NCBI GenBank assembly: GCA_902791335.1
Contig: CADAVL010000010.1
Location: forward strand, 1-26,669
Length of the DNA: 26,669 nucleotides
Source: Oscillospiraceae bacterium
GTDB lineage: Bacteria; Bacillota; Clostridia; Oscillospirales; Acutalibacteraceae
Direction of reading: 5' to 3'
The notes below the pieces were generated by a model. It saw nothing but the letters and a program-made list of their open reading frames with translations. It ran no database searches and was not told the DNA's origin. How positions within the stretch are numbered: position 1 is the first letter of the stretch; each line of letters opens with the position of its first letter. Both the position numbers and the translations under genes were made by a program. Positions 9,040 to 17,256 of this stretch are shown in pieces.

Positions 9040-9425
9040 CAAAGATGGTACAGTGACTGCACGCATTTTTTTGCCGCAGTGCGACTGTTTCGGCGTTTTT
9101 ACAATTTCATTTTAAAAGCGATGACGAAGACGGAACCGAATTACAGCGTTCTACAGAGAGCCGGAGCAGGTGGAAACCGGCGGACGACATTCAGCGTTCC
9201 CATCACTTCCGAGCTGAAGTTCCAAAAAACCGCGCCGATCCACCCGAAGAACAGATTCTTTGTTTTATTGTCGGCGGTCGAGTAGGGGCTTTCGTGCAGG
9301 CTACGTTAGTGCATAGGGCTTATTAGAGCCTAAAGTGGCGCGTTTTTCGCGCAATTTGAGTGGTACCGCGGGTATTGTTGAATCAACAGGGCTCGCCTCA
9401 AAGCAATTTGAGGCGAGCCTTTTTA
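9040..9425 (+). promoter_or_regulatory. T-box riboswitch leader with terminator, upstream of brnQ
   Basis: Canonical T-box sequence AATTTGAGTGGTACCGCGG at ~9351-9371. The Stem I distal motifs AGAGAG...GGTGGAAA sit at ~9154-9175. The terminator GGGCTCGCCTCAAA/TTTGAGGCGAGCC (9389-9419) is followed by TTTTT. A candidate specifier AUC-A (9202-9205) would mean Ile. Confidence 0.65.
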
Positions 9426-9534
9426 AATTTTCAAAAAAGCTCCTCGCCGATTTTCTGGCGGCAGGCCGTCTTCGGTCCGTCGACGGTATTTTTGCTGCAA
9501 AAACCAATCAACAAAAAAGAGGAGAAATGAAAAA

Positions 9535-10878
9535 ATGAAGCTAAGCAAAAGAAACATGACCGTGGTAAGTTTTATGTTGTTTTCCCTGTTCTTCGGTGCA
9601 GGCAACCTGATCTTTCCGCCGTTTTTGGGACAAAATGCCGGTAGTCATACACCGGCGGCTATGGCCGGGTTTTTAATCACCGCCGTGGTTTTACCGGTGT
9701 TGGGCGTTGTGGTCGTTGCGCAGTTTGACGGACTTGACAAGCTCAGTCAGAACGTCGGCCCGAAATTTTCGCTGGTGTTCACCGTTTTGATTTATCTTTC
9801 CATTGGCCCGGGGCTTGGCATTCCACGCGCCGCGTCGGTACCGTTTGAAATGGCGGTAGCGCCGTATCTTCCAAAAAACGCCAATCCATCCGTATTTATG
9901 GCGCTCTATTCGCTTGTTTTCTTCAGCGTCGCCGTGTGGCTTTGCTTAAATCCCGGAAAGCTGGTCAACCGTATTGGTCGGGTATTGACGCCCACGCTTT
10001 TGGTGCTGCTTTTGTTTTTGTTTGTAAGCTTTTTATTCCGCGGTGTGGTCAGTATTAAACCGGCCGAGGAAGCGTATGCGGCAGCCCCATTTTTAAAGGG
10101 CTTTTCAGAGGGCTACAACACCATGGATACCATTGCCGCGTTGAATTTTGGGCTCGTGATCGCCACCACGTTGGGTTCTTTCGGCCCGAATGATAAAAAG
10201 GAAAAGGTAAAGTACACGGTATCGGCCGGGTTGTTTGCAGGCGGTATTCTTGCCGCCATTTACTTAATGCTGTCCTTTATGGGTATGTGCAGCTCCGGCA
10301 CCTATGAAATTCAGGAAAACGGCGCGTGGACGCTTCGCTGCATTGTTTTTGAGATCTTCGGTGCGCCGGGGGCTTGGCTGTTGGCCGCCATCTTTACCCT
10401 TGCCTGTCTTACTACCTGCGTAGGGCTTATTAATTCAATCTCGCAATTCTTTTCGACCCTTTTTAAAAAGGTATCTTACAAAGCGTGGGTGTTTATCATC
10501 ACCGGATTTTCGTTTCTGGTCTGCAACCTTGGGCTGAACGCTATTTTGAGTATCTCGATTCCCGTGCTGAACGCGATTTATCCGGCGGCGATCGTTTTGA
10601 TCCTTTTGGGGCTTTTCAATCGGTTTTTTCGAAACAACCGCGTGGTTTATCCGCTTGTGGTGGCGGTGACCGCTGTTGAAAGCGTTGTTTATGCTTTGGA
10701 GGGCGCAAAAGTACCGCTGGAATTTTTATACCGCGCAATGCGCCGCCTGCCGCTTTATGGCCTCGGATTCGGCTGGGTGCCGGTGGCACTGGCGACACTC
10801 GCGGTAAGTCTTTTGCTCGGCCTTTTCTTTCAAAAAAACCGAGCGCGGCAAAGTAGGCGAGAGGCCGCCGCGGTTTGA
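9535..10878 (+). CDS. brnQ: Branched-chain amino acid transport system II carrier (LIVCS family)
   Basis: MKLSKRNMTVVSFMLFSLFFGAGNLIFPPFLGQNAG is the BrnQ signature N-terminus. It is a 447-aa polytopic membrane protein with RBS AGAGGAG. Confidence 0.9.
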   Translation: MKLSKRNMTVVSFMLFSLFFGAGNLIFPPFLGQNAGSHTPAAMAGFLITAVVLPVLGVVVVAQFDGLDKLSQNVGPKFSLVFTVLIYLSIGPGLGIPRAASVPFEMAVAPYLPKNANPSVFMALYSLVFFSVAVWLCLNPGKLVNRIGRVLTPTLLVLLLFLFVSFLFRGVVSIKPAEEAYAAAPFLKGFSEGYNTMDTIAALNFGLVIATTLGSFGPNDKKEKVKYTVSAGLFAGGILAAIYLMLSFMGMCSSGTYEIQENGAWTLRCIVFEIFGAPGAWLLAAIFTLACLTTCVGLINSISQFFSTLFKKVSYKAWVFIITGFSFLVCNLGLNAILSISIPVLNAIYPAAIVLILLGLFNRFFRNNRVVYPLVVAVTAVESVVYALEGAKVPLEFLYRAMRRLPLYGLGFGWVPVALATLAVSLLLGLFFQKNRARQSRREAAAV

Positions 10879-11123
10879 AAATTTCAGCTTTTACCGCGGA
10901 GCGGCTTTTGAGATTTATCACCGCGATCTTTGGGCGTCCGTTCGGCTGACAAGATTCGAACGATACAAGCGTTTTTTGATTGCTTGTGCGCACGATTTTT
11001 GATGTTTGCAAACAAACCGAATGCGCCATAAAATCGGCAGTTTTATGGAACGGTTGGACGGCCTTTTTCGGCTTTATCGCCACCTTTTTCCCTAAAAGCG
11101 GTAGTCCCCCTGTCGTCAGCGAA

Positions 11124-11477
11124 TCATTTTGTCAGCCGGAAGCTTTCGTCCAGCAGCATTTTTATAAGCTTCGTTTCGGCCGAGCCGTCCAGCGCCACGG
11201 TGAGCCAGTGCTCCTTATTCATGTGATACGCCTTAAAAACGCCGACCTCATTTAAAAGCGAACCCAGGATCGCCGGTTCGCATTTCAGATTCATAATATC
11301 CATGGCACCGTCGTCCGAAAGCCCCAGTCGGCCTTTTTGAACGGTCATGCAAAGCGCGAACCACTTTTTATTTTCTTTGTGCCGAAACACCGCCGACCGC
11401 CCGTCCTTTTTGAAAGGATAGTCCGGCTTTACACCGTATTGTTTCAGTATGTAATCAAAGACTTCATTGCAGCTCAT
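11124..11477 (-). CDS. MmcQ/YjbR-family DNA-binding protein (~117 aa)
   Basis: SCNEVFDYILKQYGVKPDYPFKKDGRSAVFRHKENKKWFALCM...EHWLTVALDGS is typical of the family. I moved the start to the internal ATG at 11477, which has RBS GAAAGGAAG. The track start at 11507 has none. Confidence 0.7.
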   Translation of the reverse strand: MSCNEVFDYILKQYGVKPDYPFKKDGRSAVFRHKENKKWFALCMTVQKGRLGLSDDGAMDIMNLKCEPAILGSLLNEVGVFKAYHMNKEHWLTVALDGSAETKLIKMLLDESFRLTK

Positions 11478-11567
11478 TTTCGTTCTTCCTTTCGACACGG
11501 CCGACATCTAAAAATTTTCTGTCTTTTCTTTGCATATTTGTTCACCCTTATTTTTTATAAAACATTT

Positions 11568-11614
11568 GTAGGGAACTTTTTATGGTGTTAGTGTACCATA
11601 AAGTTCCCTACATT
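11568..11614. terminator. Long imperfect hairpin TGTAGGGAACTTT..AAAGTTCCCTACA with U-rich flanks on both sides
   Basis: 13-bp outer stem with a nested TATGGT/ACCATA stem. On the minus strand it is followed by TGTTTTAT, so it is the likely terminator of the SPFH gene. Confidence 0.5.
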
Positions 11615-11670
11615 TCAACAATTGTGATTTTTCTCTGTATCAAATCGCCCCGGCGTCTTTGATCGGCTGT

Positions 11671-12774
11671 TTATTGCTGCCCCTTTAAAATACCGGTGAG
11701 CTGGCTCAAAACATCGGTGTTACCATTTAAATTGATGTTGCCGATATTGTCGCAGATGCGCTCAATGTATTCCAACTCCTTCAAACGATAAAGCGTTTTG
11801 TTTTCGTCCATTAATTTTGCGGTGTTCAATAAAGAACGGGTAGAGGCAACCTCCTCGCGGCGCGTGATCACGTTGGCCTGCGCGCGCTTTTCGGCCACCA
11901 GCACAGTGTTCATGATCTCGCGGATCTCACCGGGCAGAATAATATCCTTTACCCCTGCATCGGTAATTTCCACATAAAGCGCCTTTTCTTTCTCTTTGAG
12001 CTTTTGAAACACAAAATCCGACAGCTGGGATTTATTCATAAGAATTTCGTCCAGTTTGGCATTGCCCACGTATTCGCGCAATGCCAGCTGCGCTGCAATG
12101 TGCACCTGCTCCAAAAAATCGTCGATTTCCATGAAACATTTCACATAATCCGTCACGCGGTAATTGCAAACAAAATTGATCCGAATGGCAACCTTATCCT
12201 GCGTCAGGATTTCCTGACCGGTGATATTCATTCGTGTAAGCCTTGTATCCACAAAACCAACGGTGATCTTCGTGCCGTTATTCCAAAAATAATAAGTGCC
12301 GGCGTCAAGAATTTTTATGAATTTTTGATTAAAATAAAGCCGCGCTTTTCTGAATTGTGCAACCTCGATCTTTGTGTAAAAGTCGGTAGGAATTTCTGAA
12401 AAGATATATTCCGGCACGTCGTCCGACACTTCCGGAGACGAAATATCCAGAATTTTAAATGTGTGCTCCCGGGCGTCTGTCCAGAATGCGTATTTGCCGC
12501 GCGGCAGAATTGACGCAAAGCGGCCGTCCACAAAGTGCAGCGCCAGCTGGCAGTCGGCAACCTCAGTGACCGTTACATTCTGCGCAATTTCGGGATCGCG
12601 CAGCAAAACGTCCAGTGAGCAGCGCTCGGTGGAGATCGCCTCACCGGTATTCTGCACCTCGATTTCTTTTGCAAAGGAAGAACGGTATTTCCCGGGTCGG
12701 AGCATTTTTATGTATCTGCCGTTTTTAAAAAGTAAGCCTCTCTGATTTTCGTTGATAATAACTTTTTTCATCAT
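11671..12774 (-). CDS. SPFH/Band-7 (stomatin/flotillin-like) domain protein without an N-terminal TM segment, 367 aa
   Basis: INENQRGLLFKNGRY at the N-terminus and a C-terminal SPFH core (RINFVCNYRVTDYVK...AEKRAQANVITRREEVA). RBS GGAGGG precedes ATGATG. Confidence 0.75.
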   Translation of the reverse strand: MMKKVIINENQRGLLFKNGRYIKMLRPGKYRSSFAKEIEVQNTGEAISTERCSLDVLLRDPEIAQNVTVTEVADCQLALHFVDGRFASILPRGKYAFWTDAREHTFKILDISSPEVSDDVPEYIFSEIPTDFYTKIEVAQFRKARLYFNQKFIKILDAGTYYFWNNGTKITVGFVDTRLTRMNITGQEILTQDKVAIRINFVCNYRVTDYVKCFMEIDDFLEQVHIAAQLALREYVGNAKLDEILMNKSQLSDFVFQKLKEKEKALYVEITDAGVKDIILPGEIREIMNTVLVAEKRAQANVITRREEVASTRSLLNTAKLMDENKTLYRLKELEYIERICDNIGNINLNGNTDVLSQLTGILKGQQ

Positions 12775-13029
12775 CTTTTACCCTCCATAAAGAATTCTCC
12801 TCTGCAATCGCTCATGCGTTTTTTGCGGTCAAAAATTTAAGTGATTCGATCCTCTCGGCGGAAAGCGAGCTTTTGGCCGGGAGGCTTTATCACGGTATCC
12901 GTTTTTGAACAGGGCAAAAAGCGCATTGCCGAACGAAAAAAGGAAACGGTCCCTTTTTTTCTTCAGCCGAGCGATTGCAGCCTCAAATCCTGATTCTGGT
13001 GCCGCGCGTTTTGTCTTCGCGCGAGCTCG

Positions 13030-13095
13030 ATGTTTTGCCGGAGTCGAACCGGCGGTGACCAACCCTGAAAGGGTCAAATCGGGAGTTGAACCCGC
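13030..13095 (-). other. tRNA-like 3' fragments: two T-arm-like elements, the second being GCCGGTTCGACTCCGGC followed by an acceptor-like AAAACATC. No complete cloverleaf was found.
   Basis: Minus strand reads gagcGGGTTCAACTCCCGatttgaccctttcagggttggtcaccGCCGGTTCGACTCCGGCaaaacatc. The GGTTCGAnTCC box is the T-loop consensus. No matching 5' acceptor strand lies within ~100 nt. Confidence 0.35.
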
Positions 13096-13125
13096 TCTGT
13101 AAAAGCTTTAAAAAGCTTTTACAGA
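13096..13125. repeat. Perfect 30-bp palindrome TCTGTAAAAGCTTT-AA-AAAGCTTTTACAGA, directly abutting the tRNA-like fragment
   Basis: 14-bp arms with a 2-bp centre. No U-tract follows on either strand, so it is more likely a protein-binding or recombination site than a terminator. Confidence 0.6.
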
Positions 13126-13304
13126 CTACCTGAAACTGTGTCAAGCGATTCTTTCGGCATACACGTTGGCAGCGCCTTGTGCACCGCAGTGAATTTTTTA
13201 AAACACCCGCTCGAAGGAACCTTGACGCGTATATTTTACCGTAAGAATTTTCCAATATCACGGAAAAAAAGCTGCGAGAACGCGAATGCTTTCAACAAAA
13301 TACT

Positions 13305-13336
13305 TAAAAAGCCGCAAATTTTTTCAGTCTGCGGCA
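13305..13336 (-). terminator. Intrinsic terminator of the WYL operon. Minus strand reads GCCGCAGACTGAAAAAATTTGCGGC then TTTTT.
   Basis: GCCGCA/TGCGGC stem plus a U-tract on the minus strand, ~110 nt downstream of the WYL gene stop. Confidence 0.5.
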
Positions 13337-13446
13337 ATCTCAAAAAAATGTCGGTTCGCGCTTTCGGCCGAAAACAGAAAAGAGTTGCAAACTTTCCAGG
13401 CTGTCGAGAAAATCAAAGAAAAAGCTGCGAGCGCTATATCAAGCGT

Positions 13447-14349
13447 TCACAGCTTTTGTTGCCTTTTTAAGCGGTCGATGATAAGATTTCGGAATTCCGG
13501 CGGTTCGGTCACCTCCACCATGGGACCAAAACTCAAAATTCGGATCACCAGCTCCGTTTCATCGAATTTGTTATATTTTATAAAAAGGGAATATTTCTTT
13601 TCGCCGATCTTTTCCACCCGCTTTTCAAAGTGTGCAAAATGGAGCAGCGTTCGCTCCAGTGCGTTGCGGTCGTCATACACCAGCAAGGTTACGGTTTCTT
13701 TGGATTCTATCGGGTTTGGCGCGGCCGGTATTTCGGCGGCGTCGCATTTGTCGCACGAGAGAATGCGCGCAAGATTGATAATGCTGCCGCAACGGCGGTC
13801 GGTGCCGATCAGGCGGAACTTATCGTCCTTTTCGGAGTATTCAAGGCTCTTTGGCGCCACCGTCATCGAAACGGTGCGACCCGAACGGTTCACCGCCCGA
13901 ATTTTCAAAAGTCGGTTTTGGGAGAGCGCGGACAGAATCGTTCTGAAATTTTTGATGTAAGCTTCATCGCAAAACGGGTCACCGTCGCTGTATTGGTCGT
14001 AGATGCAGTAATCCTCCATAGTAAACAGCGGCTCTACGTCCCGAAGCGCCTCAAAATCCACGTCGAAAAGCTTTACCTTTGGGTCTTGTGAGATCGCCTT
14101 TAACCATTGCTTTTGTACCGTCGAAAGCGGCATGGTCGGCGTATGTTTCAGCGGCGTTGTAAGGTTTTTATGCATAAGTTGCCATTTTTCGCTTTTCAGC
14201 GCCGGCAGAATGGTCAAAACACTTTCCGAAAAAGCGTTTTCAAGCACGATCTTTTCCAAAATCCTTTCGTTGCGGCGGCCCGAGAGCAGGCTTTCAATAA
14301 TTTTTGCCACCGTGTGATAGTAAGCGGAGTAAATCTCGTTGAATATCAT
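13447..14349 (-). CDS. WYL-domain transcriptional regulator (HTH-WYL-WCX architecture), 300 aa
   Basis: WYL-like core LKIRAVNRSGRTVSMTVAPKSLEYSEKDDKFRLIGTDRRCGSIINLARILS. WCX-like C-terminus VTLLVYDDRNALERTLLHFAHFEKRV...LVIRILSFGPMVEVTEPPEFRNLIIDRL. It overlaps the upstream gene by 4 bp. Confidence 0.7.
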   Translation of the reverse strand: MIFNEIYSAYYHTVAKIIESLLSGRRNERILEKIVLENAFSESVLTILPALKSEKWQLMHKNLTTPLKHTPTMPLSTVQKQWLKAISQDPKVKLFDVDFEALRDVEPLFTMEDYCIYDQYSDGDPFCDEAYIKNFRTILSALSQNRLLKIRAVNRSGRTVSMTVAPKSLEYSEKDDKFRLIGTDRRCGSIINLARILSCDKCDAAEIPAAPNPIESKETVTLLVYDDRNALERTLLHFAHFEKRVEKIGEKKYSLFIKYNKFDETELVIRILSFGPMVEVTEPPEFRNLIIDRLKRQQKL

Positions 14350-15614
14350 GTTTCCGCCTCCTCAATGCCATATAAACGATACATTCTTTTAAGATCGTCT
14401 TCAAACCGTTTTTGAACCGCTTTGTTGGAAAAGCGCAACGACGTAATCCTGCAAATAAAGGTTCTGACCCACGGGGTGATCTCGCCCGAATCATAAACGT
14501 CGGCAGAAAACCGATAGGTGTTCTCGTCAAGCTTTTTCACCGTGCCCACGCGTTTTTCGCGCTCCAGGCGGTTTACAATGTATTGCTCGTTTTTTTGCAC
14601 TTTGACCGTAAATTCAACGTGCTCGGTGCGCTTGCCTTTTTCGCCGCATTTTCCGCCGTATTTTCCTGCGGTAACACCCCACATTTTCTTTTTCATTTCG
14701 GAAAGTGTTGCCCTCAGCACGTCAAAATTTGGCGCAGGTTCTTCCAATTTTACATCCAAAAGATAATCGACCCGAAAGGACTTGATCGCATTAAGCTGAG
14801 GGCAGTAAGCCATCAGGTGCTGGCGCCCGTTTTGCACGCTTAAAAAGATTCTTAATGGAACCACCCGATTTTTTCGCAGCTCACTATTGTGACGGCTGAG
14901 ATTCAAAAACGAAACAAAGCGCTTTTGGTGCATTGCATCAAAAAGGGTAGCTAGAATATCGCTGTCAATGGCGGACGTGATATAGTGGTGTTTAAAGCTG
15001 AAACAATCTGCCGAAGTTTTTTCCTGTTGATCCAGCAAAAATGAGCCGATCACGCCGCAGGGCGCTGTTTCGGAAAAGAAATTCAGAACGTCGGTTGAAA
15101 GGGAAACAGACGGGTCGTTTGCCCTGCGGTAAAGCAGCTTTTTGCCGGACTTTTCGGCCGTGATCAACCCAAGCGAAATATATTCCTGCAGCTTTTTCCG
15201 AACGGTCGATTCGTCAAAGAGCATCGGTTTTCGGAACTTCGCCAAATAGCCGTCGATCTTTTCCAAAATCTCTGTCAGCGGCAAAGAAACGTCGGGCGAA
15301 AAAAGAAGATCCAGCAAAATAAAATGCAGGGTAATATCCTTATCGGTAAAGCTTTTGGATTTCAGCGCCTTAAAAAACGGATTGTGCGCGCACGCGCGGC
15401 TGTCTACCGAGAGAAACACGTTTTTGCCCTCAGGCGTGCGGACGTAGCCCATATAATTGCCAAGCCAGCTTTCAATCCTGCGGCGCTCGTCGTCATAGGA
15501 ACGGGCGCTTTTTTTGTTGTATTCGTCCCGACTTTTAAAGCCGTAAACATAAAATTCGCGCATATAGCTCCGAATTTTTTCAAAATTCTTGATCAGCTCA
15601 TTGTAAGACGACAC
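14346..15614 (-). CDS. WYL-domain regulator with an extended N-terminus (~100 aa extension, then wHTH, WYL, WCX), 422 aa
   Basis: wHTH-like LTEILEKIDGYLAKFRKPMLFDESTVRKKLQEYISLGLI. WYL core VVPLRIFLSVQNGRQHLMAYCPQLNAIKSFRVDYLLDV. WCX-like YRFSADVYDSGEITPWVRTFICRITSL. GTG start with RBS AAAGGAGGG. Confidence 0.65.
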   Translation of the reverse strand: MSSYNELIKNFEKIRSYMREFYVYGFKSRDEYNKKSARSYDDERRRIESWLGNYMGYVRTPEGKNVFLSVDSRACAHNPFFKALKSKSFTDKDITLHFILLDLLFSPDVSLPLTEILEKIDGYLAKFRKPMLFDESTVRKKLQEYISLGLITAEKSGKKLLYRRANDPSVSLSTDVLNFFSETAPCGVIGSFLLDQQEKTSADCFSFKHHYITSAIDSDILATLFDAMHQKRFVSFLNLSRHNSELRKNRVVPLRIFLSVQNGRQHLMAYCPQLNAIKSFRVDYLLDVKLEEPAPNFDVLRATLSEMKKKMWGVTAGKYGGKCGEKGKRTEHVEFTVKVQKNEQYIVNRLEREKRVGTVKKLDENTYRFSADVYDSGEITPWVRTFICRITSLRFSNKAVQKRFEDDLKRMYRLYGIEEAET

Positions 15615-15826
15615 CGCGCTTTCCCTCCTTTTTGGCCCTGATTTTCGCCGCGTTTGCGTTTATATGGCACCCCTTGGTGGCAGTTTTCAACATTTTTTGA
15701 CACAGTTATATTTTATATCCTCATCAAGAAAAAATCAAGCCGCCCGACACTCAAAATTCGTGCCGTGCGGCTTTCAGCTGACGGGCGAACCCGTCACACA
15801 AAAATTTTAAATTAATCCAACGGCTT

Positions 15827-15990
15827 CATTGTCGGGATTCGGACAGAAGCCGGGAATTATCAAGGATTATCAAGCATTTACGAGCATTTTCCAAAAATAA
15901 AACCGCACAAACAAGGTCGTATCAAGAATTATCAAGAATTCCGACATGCGTATGTTGGTGTAACTTTTGGTGTAAGTGTAACCTTGATAG
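15827..15990 (+). repeat. Repeat copy A (~165 bp), about 90% identical to 25093-25270, carrying at least 5 TATCAAG-like iteron motifs
   Basis: Copy A reads ...GGGAATTATCAAGGATTATCAAGCATTTACGAGCATTTTCCAAAAATAAAACCGCACAAACAAGGTCGTATCAAGAATTATCAAGAATTCC...GGTGTAACTTTTGGTGTAAGTGTAACCTTGATAG. It aligns colinearly with copy B. Confidence 0.8.
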
Positions 15991-16098
15991 GAAGGTAGTT
16001 GCAGAGATAGTAAGTGACGAAACCTGCACAAGACAAGCCGTACTGCTCATATCGGGCAATATCAGGTGCCTTGCCCGTAGGGGGGGTAGAACTGTCTG

Positions 16099-16280
16099 CT
16101 AATTGGAAGGTGTAAAAGAACACACAAGACAGTAATCCCATTCAGCAAGCAGTTTCCTGTCCGTTGTGGCTAAATCATTGTATCCTGCAAGAACCGCCCT
16201 GTCCGTACAAACCGGGCATACTGTTCCTTTTACACGAACATTGATATTTCTTTCTTAGGCTTTGCAGCAGCTTTTGCCAT
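16099..16280 (-). pseudogene. Frameshifted N-terminal remnant of a DUF4379 zinc-ribbon-repeat protein, paralogous to 25355-26599
   Basis: RBS GGAGGT plus ATG gives MAKAAAKPKKEISMFV, then a stop. A +1 frame continues as NVRVKGTVCPVCTDRAVLAGYNDLATTDRKLLAEWDY. That matches the repeat unit of the intact paralog (VKGTSCPVCAERQVLRGHNDLATTDYMLCKEWDY). Confidence 0.55.
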
Positions 16281-16616
16281 TTGTATTACCTCCACATTCT
16301 ATTAGCTACTCGAATACAAGGTCGAATACAAGTATATCCTATCATTATAAGTGTCCAATAAAACGGACTTATGATTCGTCTTCGGGAAGAACATCCATAA
16401 AGATCAGCTGATTCTGGTATACTGCCGCAGCGGTAATCGGAGTAAGCAGGCATCTAAAAAAATGGTGAAATTGGGCTACACCAATATCATTGAGATCGGT
16501 GGAATTAATAGTTGGCCCGGTGAAACAGTCACCGGCGATAAGTGATAAAATCACAGAACAAGGAATGACTACCGGATATAATAAAGCTATAAAAAAGAAA
16601 ACAGGAGGACTTAAAT

Positions 16617-16922
16617 ATGTCTGCTATCAGTGTTAATAAAAATAATTTCAATCAAGAGGTTTTGAACTCGGACAAGCCCGTCCTGATGGATTTCTGGGCT
16701 CCCTGGTGTGGTCCTTGCCGCATGGTAGTTCCTCTGGTAGAGGAGATTGCCAAGGAGCGCTCCGATATCAAGGTTGTTAAAATTAATGTGGATGAGGAAC
16801 AGGAACTGGCTATGCAGTTCGGTGTGATGAGCATACCCACTCTGGTGGTTATGAAGAACGGAAAGATTGTCAATCAAGTCACCGGTGCCAGACCTAAGGC
16901 TCAGATTCTCGCCATGCTGTAA
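16617..16922 (+). CDS. trxA: Thioredoxin
   Basis: WAPWCGPCR active site, 101 aa, RBS AGGAGG. Confidence 0.9.
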   Translation: MSAISVNKNNFNQEVLNSDKPVLMDFWAPWCGPCRMVVPLVEEIAKERSDIKVVKINVDEEQELAMQFGVMSIPTLVVMKNGKIVNQVTGARPKAQILAML

Positions 16923-16934
16923 GGAGGTGCAATG

Positions 16935-17255
16935 ATGAGCTTCTTCGATTTCCTGAAAGGCCCTGACATCAATCAGGGTGTCAAAGAGTATAGCGCCACG
17001 GATAGCGCAGTCCTGCTGGATGTTCGCACCCCCGACGAATACCGGCAGGGGCATATCCCCGGCAGTAAAAATGTTCCTTTGCAGTCCATTAGCAAAGTGG
17101 CCGGCATGATTGACAATAAATCTACCCCCATTTTTGTTCATTGTCTCAGCGGTGCAAGAAGCCGTCAGGCAACTGCTATTTTGCAGCAAATGGGTTATAC
17201 TAACGTGAAAAACATAGGCGGAATTTCCGCTTATACAGGAAAGGTAGAACGATAA
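16935..17255 (+). CDS. Single-domain rhodanese (sulfurtransferase)
   Basis: Active-site loop VHCLSGARS. ~106 aa. RBS AAGGAGG. ATG at 16932 or 16935. Confidence 0.85.
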   Translation: MSFFDFLKGPDINQGVKEYSATDSAVLLDVRTPDEYRQGHIPGSKNVPLQSISKVAGMIDNKSTPIFVHCLSGARSRQATAILQQMGYTNVKNIGGISAYTGKVER

Positions 17256-17256
17256 T

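Noticed and set aside
10936-10962. GTTCGAATC T-loop-like motif (minus strand) suggesting a tRNA
   Set aside because: The flanks cannot form a T-stem, acceptor stem or anticodon arm. It is a chance match to the T-loop consensus.
10616-11255. 155-aa minus ORF and 91-aa plus ORF between brnQ and yjbR
   Set aside because: The minus ORF overlaps the 3' end of brnQ out of frame. The plus ORF is antisense to YjbR. Neither has an RBS nor any domain resemblance.
13030-13095. tmRNA 3' (tRNA-like domain) interpretation of the GGTTCGACTCC element
   Set aside because: The downstream sequence (AAAACATCGAG) does not resemble the tmRNA acceptor end (..CCACCA context with a G-rich 5' partner). No ~350-nt tmRNA body with a tag reading frame is nearby.
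13286-14091. Plus-strand ORFs (224 and 153 aa) over the WYL gene
   Set aside because: Antisense to a gene with clear WYL/WCX motifs. No start-site support.
16369-16554. 61-aa minus-strand ORF upstream of trxA
   Set aside because: GTG start without RBS, no recognisable motif. It sits in the junction debris zone.
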